Shown piece by piece: positions 10,248 through 18,095 of a stretch of 64,000 nt of DNA. The notes beneath the pieces were generated by a model. The model was not told the origin of the DNA. It saw nothing but the letters and a program-made list of their open reading frames with translations, and searched no databases. The DNA is from Halarcobacter sp. Lineage in GTDB: Bacteria > Campylobacterota > Campylobacteria > Campylobacterales > Arcobacteraceae. The translations under genes and the position numbers were made by a program. Position 1 is the first letter of the stretch. The number at the start of each line of letters is the position of its first letter. The DNA lies in the NCBI GenBank assembly GCA_048571215.1, contig CP182352.1, positions 1,792,001-1,856,000 on the forward strand, written 5' to 3'.

Positions 10248-10544
10248 AATAATATATTTGATGTGCGTACCAATTTTATTATTTTTAATAATATCTATAA
10301 ATTGTTTTATCGAAACTTCTTGTTCAGATTTTATATAATCTCCACTCCATATTGAAGTAAATGTTATTCCATTTTTTGAATAATTGAAAATTTTATTTAA
10401 TTCATTAGATATATGAGCCAACTTACTTTTTTCAAAAATCCAAAATTCATCATTCCAATCAGCTTCATCTGAAAGAAAATCATGTAAATTAATATGCATC
10501 TTTTCGTAAGTATCCATTAAAATAATTTCAGTAATTAAACTCAT
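10242..10544 (-). CDS. Hypothetical cassette protein
   Basis: 100-aa ORF with AAAGGA RBS, bounded by two attC sites. Confidence 0.7.
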   Translation of the reverse strand: MSLITEIILMDTYEKMHINLHDFLSDEADWNDEFWIFEKSKLAHISNELNKIFNYSKNGITFTSIWSGDYIKSEQEVSIKQFIDIIKNNKIGTHIKYIIR

Positions 10545-10560
10545 GGTAATTTTTCCTTTT

Positions 10561-10614
10561 AAATAACCTTTGACTTCAGTGACGCTCTGTGTTCACTGCG
10601 AGGATTTGTTATGA
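10561..10614 (-). mobile_element. attC site (short, 54 bp)
   Basis: TCATAAC-AAATC-CTCGCAGTGAAC..GTCACTGAAG-TCAAAG-GTTATTT. Confidence 0.82.
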
Positions 10615-11435
10615 GATTTTTTAATTTCATCCATTGTTTTAAATATTGATTTTACCCAATGGAAATCTGCATCCCACGAACCAGAGGGTGAAATAAGTAC
10701 ACCTAAAGGACCATCATGATTTAAATAATCTAAGACTTCAGAGTATTTTAAATCAATTATAATATTCCCACACATGCCAGGACTAACTTCATATTCACTA
10801 AATAGAAATTCTATGCTTTCATTTTTAATGAAAAACCTAGGTATAAAACTAGGTTCGTCAAATCTACTAAAAAAGTCACAATCATTTTTATTTTTAATAA
10901 TATTTTTCACTTCTTCAAGTGCATTACGTTTAGCATCAAAAACATCAAAAAAATCAAAATAATTGTTAGTCTTTGGGTTGATGTTAATTGACCATACCGA
11001 ATTATTTCCATTTAGTGCAGGATAATGGAAAGTATACTGAGTCATTTTTATAGATAATAAATTTGGGGAAATAATTCCTTTTTCATAATTAGAATTGTAA
11101 ATTATAAGGTCTTCAGTTATTGACTGAAGGACATTTTCTTTTATTTCATTATTAATATAATCCAAGAATTTATTGGAAAAAAATGGATAAATAATTTGAG
11201 GATAAAAGATATTATCTATTTCTCTATCATGTCCAGCATATTTTATGTCTTTAAATGTATAAGGATAATCTATTTTCTTTACTTCCAAGGAGTTGAAAAC
11301 ATAATCTTCAATAATAGTGCTTATCTTTAATGTTGCAAACGAAGTTAATGGAATTATTATTGCAAGAACTAAACCAATATAACTTGCTTTACTTGGTATA
11401 GACCATTTTGACCACTGCCGTATACTTGGAATCAT
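10593..11435 (-). CDS. Membrane-anchored DUF3298/RsiV-like cassette protein
   Basis: N-terminal TM; YPQI..INNEIK, LLSI and FFIKNESIEFLFSEYEVSPG motifs; ORF reads into the attC. Confidence 0.65.
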   Translation of the reverse strand: MIPSIRQWSKWSIPSKASYIGLVLAIIIPLTSFATLKISTIIEDYVFNSLEVKKIDYPYTFKDIKYAGHDREIDNIFYPQIIYPFFSNKFLDYINNEIKENVLQSITEDLIIYNSNYEKGIISPNLLSIKMTQYTFHYPALNGNNSVWSININPKTNNYFDFFDVFDAKRNALEEVKNIIKNKNDCDFFSRFDEPSFIPRFFIKNESIEFLFSEYEVSPGMCGNIIIDLKYSEVLDYLNHDGPLGVLISPSGSWDADFHWVKSIFKTMDEIKKSHNKSSQ

Positions 11436-11464
11436 GCGATTTACCTTTTATAATATTTCATATA

Positions 11465-11500
11465 CTCATAACTATTTATTCAACATACATTATATATAAA
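11465..11500 (-). mobile_element. attI-like site 1
   Basis: Minus strand TATATAATGTATGTTGAATAAATAG|TTATGAG; core is the exact complement of this cassette's R'' (CTCATAAC); no attC hairpin upstream. Confidence 0.75.
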
Positions 11501-11718
11501 ACACCCTAAAAATTAATAAATAACATACACAAAACATGTCGTATATTAAGACAACAAGAATTACCTAAAATAGAGAGTTCTTACGTATTTCAGTATAAAA
11601 AATATTGCAATATGTCATATTTTTTAAATTTATTTTAAGTTTTTAATATAGTTTTTATGTTCATTTATTATCGATATTTAGATGATAATAGTACATTGTG
11701 TATGTATATTATGTCAAT

Positions 11719-11746
11719 ATCGTGATAAACCTACATTATGTTAAAT
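11719..11746 (+). other. dif-like sequence with a perfect XerD-arm match
   Basis: ATCGTGATAAACCTACATTATGTTAAAT; last 11 bp equal the canonical XerD arm TTATGTTAAAT. Confidence 0.35.
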
Positions 11747-11763
11747 TTATTGAGAGGTATATT

Positions 11764-11805
11764 ATGGATAAAAAACTATTAGATATTATGAGAGATAAAT
11801 TCTAA
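11764..11805 (+). pseudogene. intI: 5' stub of an integron integrase gene
   Basis: GAGAGG RBS then MDKKLLDIMRDKF*, resembling the IntI N-terminus (KLLD..R..IR.KHYS); divergent from the cassettes, ~290 bp from attI-like site 1. Confidence 0.68.
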
Positions 11806-11810
11806 ATATT

Positions 11811-12086
11811 CACTTTTTTATTGAAAAAAGTAAAATAAAAACAACCCACAGATTTCGAAGGTGAAACTTCCCTCGCTTATTATTTCACTTTTCTGTTTTT
11901 CAAAACTCGCTCTTGTGCTTGCACTCTCTGTGAGAAAACGTAAGTTAGTTACGTTTTTTTACGCTCTAACAGTTGAAAAACTTTTCCGAAAAGCAAAATA
12001 AACACTCGGCTTCTCAAATGCGGGAAGGTGGGATAAGGACCTTTGCATTTTTTATACCATTTTATTTAAGCTGGTGTGATACTCAA
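11811..12086 (-). repeat. Structured repeat X, copy 1
   Basis: Similar copies at 12419, 15256 and 15848; nested inverted repeats. Confidence 0.9.
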
Positions 12087-12095
12087 TTACTAAGA

Positions 12096-12382
12096 GAAAG
12101 TTCGAGGCTAGAGTATTTGTCCAGACTTTGTTGAAGCCGGAAGTTTTCTAATTATTTTCGGAGAAGACCGAGGACCGTTCAACTGGATAAAAGGTACTGA
12201 ATGTACCTTTTAGGAAAGCGTTCCGCAGGTCAGGAAATAATTATAAAACTGTAGGGAACTTTAGCTTCGACAACCGTCTGGTGGCTTTTGTTTTACTTTT
12301 ACCACTAAAAGTAAAGAAAGCGAAGAACTTGTTCTTCAAGACAATTGCATACAATAAAAACTATTTTCAAAATATTTGAGTG
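12096..12382 (+). repeat. Structured repeat Y, copy 1
   Basis: Nested stems CCAGAC/GTCTGG, TTGTTGAAGC/GCTTCGACAA, AAAAGGTAC/GTACCTTTT; near-identical copy at 15522. Confidence 0.9.
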
Positions 12383-12418
12383 TGATTAAATTTTTACTGT
12401 ACGTCTTAACTTATTCCG

Positions 12419-12705
12419 ACTTTCTTTTATGAAAAAGAAAGTAGCAAAGAAACCATCCTACAGGTTTCGAAAGTGAAACTTCCCTCGCTTATTACTTATC
12501 CTTTTTGAGTGACTAAAAACTTGCTCTTGTGCTTGCACTCTCTGTGAGAAAACGTGAGTTAGTCACGTTTTTTTACGCTTCAAACAGTTTAGTCACTTGT
12601 TTTCAAAAGAGATAAATAAACACTCGGCTTCTCAAATGCGGGAAGATGGGAAACTGACCTTTGCATTTTTTAATACCATTTTATTTTAGTTGGTGTAATA
12701 CTCAA
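12419..12705 (-). repeat. Structured repeat X, copy 2
   Basis: Aligns by eye to copy 1, with compensatory stem changes. Confidence 0.9.
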
Positions 12706-12720
12706 CAATTATTATAAAAG

Positions 12721-12748
12721 TGGAGATTCATCCTCTAGGGTGTTATTT
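12721..12748 (-). mobile_element. Truncated attC (R'' side only)
   Basis: AAATAACACCCTAGAGGATGAATC just after the stop codon, then repeat X. Confidence 0.5.
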
Positions 12749-12752
12749 CGAA

Positions 12753-13430
12753 TTATTCTATATTTAGTAATGGATTTTCTTTATTGTTTTTTGTTAAATT
12801 TTCTAAAAGAGCATTTTTCTCATCTTTTTTTTCTTGATAATCTTTTTGTAATTCTTTATAATTATTTAATGTTTCTTCAGTCTCTTCTCTATCTAAGTAT
12901 GAAGGTAAGTTTAGTAACATCTCTGTATATGTTTCTATTATATTTTCGAGAAATTTTTCTATATCTAAGTTTTTATAATCATCATTACTAAGAGATGTAT
13001 AATTCCCTTGGGCTTCATCCACCGATATAGTTGGCCAAGGAAACTGTCTATTTCCTGCTTCATATTCAATGTTATGTTTGATTTCATCAAAGTAAAGGCC
13101 TGGATACTCTTTTGTTTTCATCGTTTCAAATAAAGTTTTATTAAAATCATCATCATTGCTGAAATTTGTAACTTGCAATAATGCACTTCCAAAAGAAATT
13201 CTCTGATCTCCATTTTTTGATTCTTCTAAATAACTATTCTCTTCGAGCTTTTTTCTTAATTCTTTTGCTTCTTCATAACTTAAATCTTTTAATTCAGATT
13301 CATCTATAAATACATTTAAATTACCTTCTTTATTAATTATATTTTCAAATAGATCATTTACTTTGGCAGAGCTTTCTGATTTCAAGTCACTCTGATAATT
13401 CGGGGATACCTGTGTTGTATTAATTACCAT
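12753..13430 (-). CDS. Hypothetical acidic cassette protein
   Basis: 225-aa ORF with AAGGAG RBS immediately after an attC R' core. Confidence 0.75.
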   Translation of the reverse strand: MVINTTQVSPNYQSDLKSESSAKVNDLFENIINKEGNLNVFIDESELKDLSYEEAKELRKKLEENSYLEESKNGDQRISFGSALLQVTNFSNDDDFNKTLFETMKTKEYPGLYFDEIKHNIEYEAGNRQFPWPTISVDEAQGNYTSLSNDDYKNLDIEKFLENIIETYTEMLLNLPSYLDREETEETLNNYKELQKDYQEKKDEKNALLENLTKNNKENPLLNIE

Positions 13431-13448
13431 TTTATTTACTCCTTATAT

Positions 13449-13583
13449 GGATAACGTTTGAACTTGAAAAACAAGGGTACAATAGCACTTGATTATTTCA
13501 ATTTTCATTTTAGCTTTTTTGTTCTAAAAAACTTAAATAAACCACTGTATACCCTTGTTTTTATTTCCAAAGTTTTATTAGAG
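13449..13583 (-). mobile_element. attC site (long, R'' mutated to CTCTAAT)
   Basis: CTCTAAT-AAAACTTTGGAAATAAAAACAAGGGTA...TACCCTTGTTTTTCAAGTTCAAAC-GTTATCC; R'' complements the cassette start GTTAGAG at 6/7. Confidence 0.8.
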
Positions 13584-13588
13584 GTTCT

Positions 13589-14269
13589 TTAAAGTTTAAT
13601 TGCTTTTGTAATAGCAAAATTATACATTCTCCAATAACAAGCACTTTGTTGAAATCCAACTTCTTTTAACCAATCAAAATGATTTGATAAAATAATTGGA
13701 AAATCTTTTTCAATATGTTTTTCATACCAAAACTCTGGGTTTTCACCTTGCTCTTTCATAAACTGTTTCCAAAGAGAATATTGATGTTCTCTAACATCTT
13801 TATCTTCATCTATGATAATATCATTTGAGATATAAACTGCATTTTGATTTGCACTATTAAAAAGTTTTTGATAAAAAACTTTTCTCTCTTCCCAATTTAG
13901 ATGATGTAGTGTCATACCTGTTAAAATTATATCATATGATTTTCCAATTGAATCTATTTTATAATCCCCTTGAATTAATTCATAGTTATTTGTATATTTT
14001 GATATTTTTTGTTCGTAAGCATCTAGCATTTCAGTAGTAATATCAAATCCAGTGATATGTGAATTTGGAAGTTTCTTTAAAACAATTTCAGATAATACAC
14101 CATTACCACAACCTAAATCCAATATTCTATAGTTTTTATTTTTATCACTTGGTAATAAATCAGATATGATTTTATGTTGTTCCAAATATTGTGGAACCAA
14201 TCTAGTCATCAATGCTTCATAATCAGAAGCTTGTTTTGCGAAATGTTCTTGTACATTTATATCTTTCAT
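13589..14269 (-). CDS. Class I SAM-dependent methyltransferase (cassette)
   Basis: ILDLGCGNG motif I, GFDI, YDIIL..MTLHHL. Confidence 0.88.
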   Translation of the reverse strand: MKDINVQEHFAKQASDYEALMTRLVPQYLEQHKIISDLLPSDKNKNYRILDLGCGNGVLSEIVLKKLPNSHITGFDITTEMLDAYEQKISKYTNNYELIQGDYKIDSIGKSYDIILTGMTLHHLNWEERKVFYQKLFNSANQNAVYISNDIIIDEDKDVREHQYSLWKQFMKEQGENPEFWYEKHIEKDFPIILSNHFDWLKEVGFQQSACYWRMYNFAITKAIKL

Positions 14270-14275
14270 TTTATC

Positions 14276-14344
14276 CTCTAACGTTTAAAATGAGCCGATG
14301 AATTGCCTGTAGGGTAATTTATTAGCTCTCCTGATTTGTTATAT
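14276..14344 (-). mobile_element. attC site
   Basis: ATATAAC-AAATCAGGAGAGCTAATAAATTACC..GGCAATTCATCGGCTCATTTTAAAC-GTTAGAG. Confidence 0.88.
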
Positions 14345-14353
14345 TTATCATGT

Positions 14354-15028
14354 CTAATAGACCTCCATATATATAACTTTTAATTTTTGTATCAACCCTT
14401 TTTTGTTAAATTTAATCTCAATTTTACCATTGGCATTATAGTAGTAATATTTACAGTTAATAGGCTCCTTATTACGTATATCTTGCTGAAGCATTATTTT
14501 TAGTTGTTTATTTGGTAATTTCAATCTTTTTTCGTAAAGATATTCTTGTTTCGCATCTGTTGCTAATGTAGGGTTCTGTAAATATTTTGATATTTGTTGT
14601 CTATTCATTCCAACTGCTAGACCAGATTTTGTACTGATACCTTGATATAGTTTATCGGTTTCTATGCAATGAGTTTGATTAATTTCTTGAGAATCGTCTG
14701 TAATTGAAAATCCATAGTAGTCCCAACCAGCATATTTATAATAAATTACTCCTACGCTTCTGTCTCTTGAAATATAACATGCTTCTTCATCACAAGAAGC
14801 ACATCCAGGTTTTCGCTTAAACGAATTGATCTCACCATAATATTTTTTTAAATCTTCAAAACTATGCTTGCCTATTGTTAGTCCAAGTAAAGTTTTATGT
14901 GATTCGTCCATTGTCATGCCAGAGACTTTGTTATCAACTTCAAGAACAGAAGGTGACAACTGACACAACTCATCATTTGCATAAACATTGACAAATATCA
15001 GTAAGCTCAATGTTAATAAAAGTCTCAT
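14354..15028 (-). CDS. Hypothetical secreted cassette protein
   Basis: Signal peptide, several Cys residues, GGAG RBS; first cassette after attI-like site 2. Confidence 0.75.
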   Translation of the reverse strand: MRLLLTLSLLIFVNVYANDELCQLSPSVLEVDNKVSGMTMDESHKTLLGLTIGKHSFEDLKKYYGEINSFKRKPGCASCDEEACYISRDRSVGVIYYKYAGWDYYGFSITDDSQEINQTHCIETDKLYQGISTKSGLAVGMNRQQISKYLQNPTLATDAKQEYLYEKRLKLPNKQLKIMLQQDIRNKEPINCKYYYYNANGKIEIKFNKKGLIQKLKVIYMEVY

Positions 15029-15043
15029 TATCTAGTCTCCATT

Positions 15044-15080
15044 AATATAACTATTTATTGAATATACATTATATAAATAA
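15044..15080 (-). mobile_element. attI-like site 2
   Basis: TATATAATGTATATTCAATAAATAG|TTATATT, nearly identical to site 1; core complements this cassette's R'' (AATATAAC). Confidence 0.75.
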
Positions 15081-15208
15081 AGTACTTAAATACACTAATT
15101 TATTATATATTTGCAAAGAAAGGTTGTTTTATGCATGTTTATAGAAAAGATATTACATAATGTCAAAATCTAATTTTAAAGTACATTTTTTATAATTTAG
15201 AAATAGTT

Positions 15209-15250
15209 GTAGATAAAAAACTATTTGATATTATCTGAAATAAATTTTAA
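15209..15250 (+). pseudogene. intI: Second, more decayed intI 5' stub
   Basis: GTA GAT AAA AAA CTA TTT GAT ATT ATC TGA AAT AAA TTT TAA aligns to 11764-11805 and has the same junction to repeat X. Confidence 0.6.
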
Positions 15251-15255
15251 ATATT

Positions 15256-15511
15256 CACTTTTTTATTAAAAAAAGTAAAATAAAAATAACCCGCGGGTTT
15301 CGAAGGTGAAACTACCCTCGCTTATTATTTATTGTTTCTGTTTTGTAAAACTCACATAAAAATATGCTCCTAGCATATTTGTTCTGTTCAAACAGTTACA
15401 AAACTATTTCGAAACAATAAATAAACACTCGGCTTCTCAAATGCAGGAAAGTGGGAAACTGACCTTTACATTTTTTTAGTACCATTTTTTTTGAATTGGT
15501 GTAATACTCAA
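15256..15511 (-). repeat. Structured repeat X, copy 3
   Basis: Same scaffold as copies 1 and 2, alternative apical hairpin AAATATGCT-CCT-AGCATATTT. Confidence 0.9.
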
Positions 15512-15521
15512 TTTATACAAA

Positions 15522-15813
15522 GAAAGTTTGTGGCTAGTGTATTTAGTCCAGACTTTGTTGAAGCCGGAAGTTTTCTAATTATTTTCGGAGAAGACCGAGG
15601 ACCGTTCAACTGGATAAAAGGTACTGAATGTACCTTTTAGGAAGGCGTTCCGCAGGTCAGAAGATAATTAGAAAACTGTAGGGGACTTTAGCTTCAACAA
15701 CGTGTCTGGTTGCTTTTTGCCATACTTTTTACAATTAAAAAGTATGAAAGCGGAGAGCTTTGCTCTACAAGACAACTGCATACAATAAAAACTATTATCA
15801 AAATATTTGAGTG
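15522..15813 (+). repeat. Structured repeat Y, copy 2
   Basis: Near-identical to 12096-12382. Confidence 0.9.
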
Positions 15814-15847
15814 TAAATAAACTTTTGCTGTACCTCTTGGCTTTCTC

Positions 15848-16107
15848 AACTTTCTTTTGTAAAAAAGAAAGTAGCAAAGAAATTATCCCGCAGGTTTCGA
15901 AGGTGAAACTTCCCTCATTTATTATTTATTGTTTCTGTTTTGTAAAACTCACATAAAAATATGCTCCTAGCATATTTGTTCTGTTCAAACAGTTACAAAA
16001 CTTTTCCGAAACAATAAATAAACACTCGGCTTCTCAAATGCGGGAAGGTGGGATAAGGACCTTTGCATTTTTTAGTACCATTTTATTTGTATTGGTGAGA
16101 TACTCAA
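15848..16107 (-). repeat. Structured repeat X, copy 4
   Basis: Near-identical to copy 3. Confidence 0.9.
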
Positions 16108-16117
16108 TATATATTTT

Positions 16118-16183
16118 GAAAGTTCAAGGCTAGAGCATTTCAGTCCAGACTTTGTTGAAGCCGGAAGTTTTCTAATTATTTTC
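16118..16183 (+). repeat. Structured repeat Y, truncated copy 3
   Basis: GAAAGTTCAAGGCTAGAG...CCAGACTTTGTTGAAGCCGGAAGTTTTCTAATTATTTTC, then similarity stops. Confidence 0.85.
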
Positions 16184-16229
16184 CATTTATCTAAACACTC
16201 ACTTATTTACTTCTGTATTTTGTTATAGG
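16184..16229 (-). mobile_element. Truncated attC (R'' side only)
   Basis: CCTATAACAAAATACAGAAG.. just after the MarR stop; matches the decayed cassette start GTATAGG at ~17241. Confidence 0.6.
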
Positions 16230-16232
16230 ATA

Positions 16233-16688
16233 CTATACTAAAAGCTCAAGAAATAGAGTATTTAATTGATTCTTATCTTTTTTGTTTAATTTTGAGAAAA
16301 ATAAATTATCAATATCTTCTACAATTTTTACAGACTTTATTGCTAATTCTATTCCACTATGTGTTAATGTTATCGTTTTAGCTCTAGTATCTATTTCATT
16401 TTCACTTCTTAATATAAAACCATTTTTTTCTAAAATTTTTAAACTTTTGGATACTGTCATTTTATCCAGTTTAGTATGTTCAATTATTGTTGTTTGAGTT
16501 GTAATGATTTCTTGTTCTTTAAACCAAAGCAAAGAAGCCAAGATAACAAATCCAGAGTGATTTAAATTAACTCCATCCAATGCAGTTTTTATTTCTCTTT
16601 GCCAAAGTGTTGTCACTTGCCATAATAAAAAACCAGAACTTTGTTCTGCTTTTTTAACTTGAAAATTACTTTCTTTTTTCATTTTCAA
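16233..16688 (-). CDS. MarR family transcriptional regulator
   Basis: GFLLWQ..LWQR, LDKMTVSKSLKILEKNGFILR..DTRAKTITLT. Confidence 0.9.
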   Translation of the reverse strand: MKMKKESNFQVKKAEQSSGFLLWQVTTLWQREIKTALDGVNLNHSGFVILASLLWFKEQEIITTQTTIIEHTKLDKMTVSKSLKILEKNGFILRSENEIDTRAKTITLTHSGIELAIKSVKIVEDIDNLFFSKLNKKDKNQLNTLFLELLV

Positions 16689-17097
16689 TTAACCGTATTA
16701 ATCTATCCATATCTTCACCTAACTTATCTGCAACTTCTTGAGCAACTATCTTTTTCCATAAAAAAGATAAAATTCCTTCTATTTTTATGCTTGCTTTAAT
16801 CTCAATTTTACCATTTTTTTCTGTAATTTCATGAATACCGTACATTTTGGCTAATGGGAACTTTGTTAAATCTGTAAAACTTTTATCTTTTTCAATTTTA
16901 ATAAGTTGAATTTTAACTTTTTGTCCACCTTTTAATCCTAAAGTAAAAAAATTACCCTCTTTAAATTCTCCATCAAGTTTTGCGTAATCAATATCATCAT
17001 TAAAAGTATGCCAATTATTTATATCTGCCCATTTGTTAAAAATCTCCTCTTTTGAAATATTTTCAACTATTCTTGAATCTGTTCCAACTAATTGCAT
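16666..17097 (-). CDS. SRPBCC/polyketide cyclase family protein
   Basis: EEIFNKWADINNWHTF..LDGEFKEG pattern; coupled to the MarR gene. Confidence 0.8.
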   Translation of the reverse strand: MQLVGTDSRIVENISKEEIFNKWADINNWHTFNDDIDYAKLDGEFKEGNFFTLGLKGGQKVKIQLIKIEKDKSFTDLTKFPLAKMYGIHEITEKNGKIEIKASIKIEGILSFLWKKIVAQEVADKLGEDMDRLIRLIENEKRK

Positions 17098-17268
17098 CTA
17101 TTCTCCTTTTAGTAAAAATATATATAATATGCAAGTTTACTATATTGAATCTAAAAAATTGCTTTTATTTTATAAGTCATTTAATCTTTAGGCACACAAT
17201 AAAAAAGCCTCCGCACTACTCAAAAGTATTTAGTCCTATACGAATTTTTTTAATAGTTGATTATGTGT

Positions 17269-17544
17269 TTAGCCAAGGATTTCATAGTGACGCTCAACAT
17301 TAGCTGTTAGTTTACCCCAATGAGATTCTTTAACTCTTTTTTGATGATATTCAAAAGCAACTTTATTCGAAAATTCCTCATAAACGTCAAATCGAAGAGG
17401 GTTTTCTGGATTTTGAGTGACCCTAAATGTAATACAACCTGACTCTTCACAAGTGATACGTTTATGGTTTACCAATTCACTTTTTATTAATTCAAGCTGT
17501 GATTTAGGAACCAAAATAAAACCTTTTAATGTTACTTTAGACAT
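17269..17544 (-). CDS. ABM (antibiotic biosynthesis monooxygenase) family protein
   Basis: EESGCITFRV..RFDVYEEF..AFEYHQ. Confidence 0.85.
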   Translation of the reverse strand: MSKVTLKGFILVPKSQLELIKSELVNHKRITCEESGCITFRVTQNPENPLRFDVYEEFSNKVAFEYHQKRVKESHWGKLTANVERHYEILG

Positions 17545-17626
17545 AAATATCCTTATTATAAATTAGACCTACTACACCAAACAATTTGGAACACAATTTG
17601 GAATTGTTTCGAGTGATTAACGTTTC

Positions 17627-17944
17627 TTAAATGCCGTAGTCACGTTCTACTTTCGATATACGAGTTTTGAATGATGAATACCATTTTTCATGACCAAGCC
17701 TTTGGGCTTCTTGGTGCTCTGCATTTGCTTTCCATTGCATTATAGACTCAAGGTCAGACCAATATGAAACAGTAATTCCAACATCTTCTCTTGCAGACTC
17801 TACACCTAAAAAACCTGATTGCTTTGAAGCTAATTCAATCATTCGGTTCGCCATTTGTCCATAACCATTATCACCTTCAGTACGCTGAGATGTGAAAATC
17901 ACCGCGTAATAAGGTGGTTTGGGTGTGTTAGCGATAAGAGACAT
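17627..17944 (-). CDS. ABM family / heme-degrading monooxygenase-like protein
   Basis: PPYYAVIFTS..GFLGVES..GITVSYW..WK.NAEH.EAQ..G...WY. Confidence 0.87.
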   Translation of the reverse strand: MSLIANTPKPPYYAVIFTSQRTEGDNGYGQMANRMIELASKQSGFLGVESAREDVGITVSYWSDLESIMQWKANAEHQEAQRLGHEKWYSSFKTRISKVERDYGI

Positions 17945-17960
17945 TTTTAATCCTTTTTAA

Positions 17961-17975
17961 AGTTAACTATTTATT
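17961..17975 (-). mobile_element. attI-like site 3 (partial)
   Basis: AATAAATAG|TTAACT shares the proximal bases of sites 1 and 2, then is fused to an X fragment. Confidence 0.5.
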
Positions 17976-18095
17976 ATTCATCCATTTTGAGTACATAAAA
18001 ACTTGCTCTTGTGCTTGTAGACAAAAAAGTTAGAAAGCATACCCACGTTCAGTGGGTGTAAAAAAGCGAAGAACATTAGTTCTTAAAGACAAAAT
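17971..18095. repeat. Remnants of repeats X and Y
   Basis: TTATTATTCATCCATTTTGAGTACATAAAAACTTGCTCTTGTGCTTG matches X copy 2; AAAGCGAAGAAC..GTTCTTAAAGACAA matches the end of Y. Confidence 0.75.

Noticed and set aside
11811..12705. Repeats as an autonomous IS, group II intron, hammerhead ribozyme or tRNA/rRNA fragment
   Set aside because: No transposase or RT ORF, no convincing terminal inverted repeats or target duplication, and no hammerhead core or cloverleaf seen by eye
15668..15877. 69-aa ORF in the repeat block
   Set aside because: Lies wholly inside the Y/X repeats, is not preserved as an ORF in the other copy and has no recognisable motif
11811..16183. X/Y repeats as a CRISPR array
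   Set aside because: Units are 250-300 bp with no unique spacers between short direct repeats, and there are no cas genes in the window
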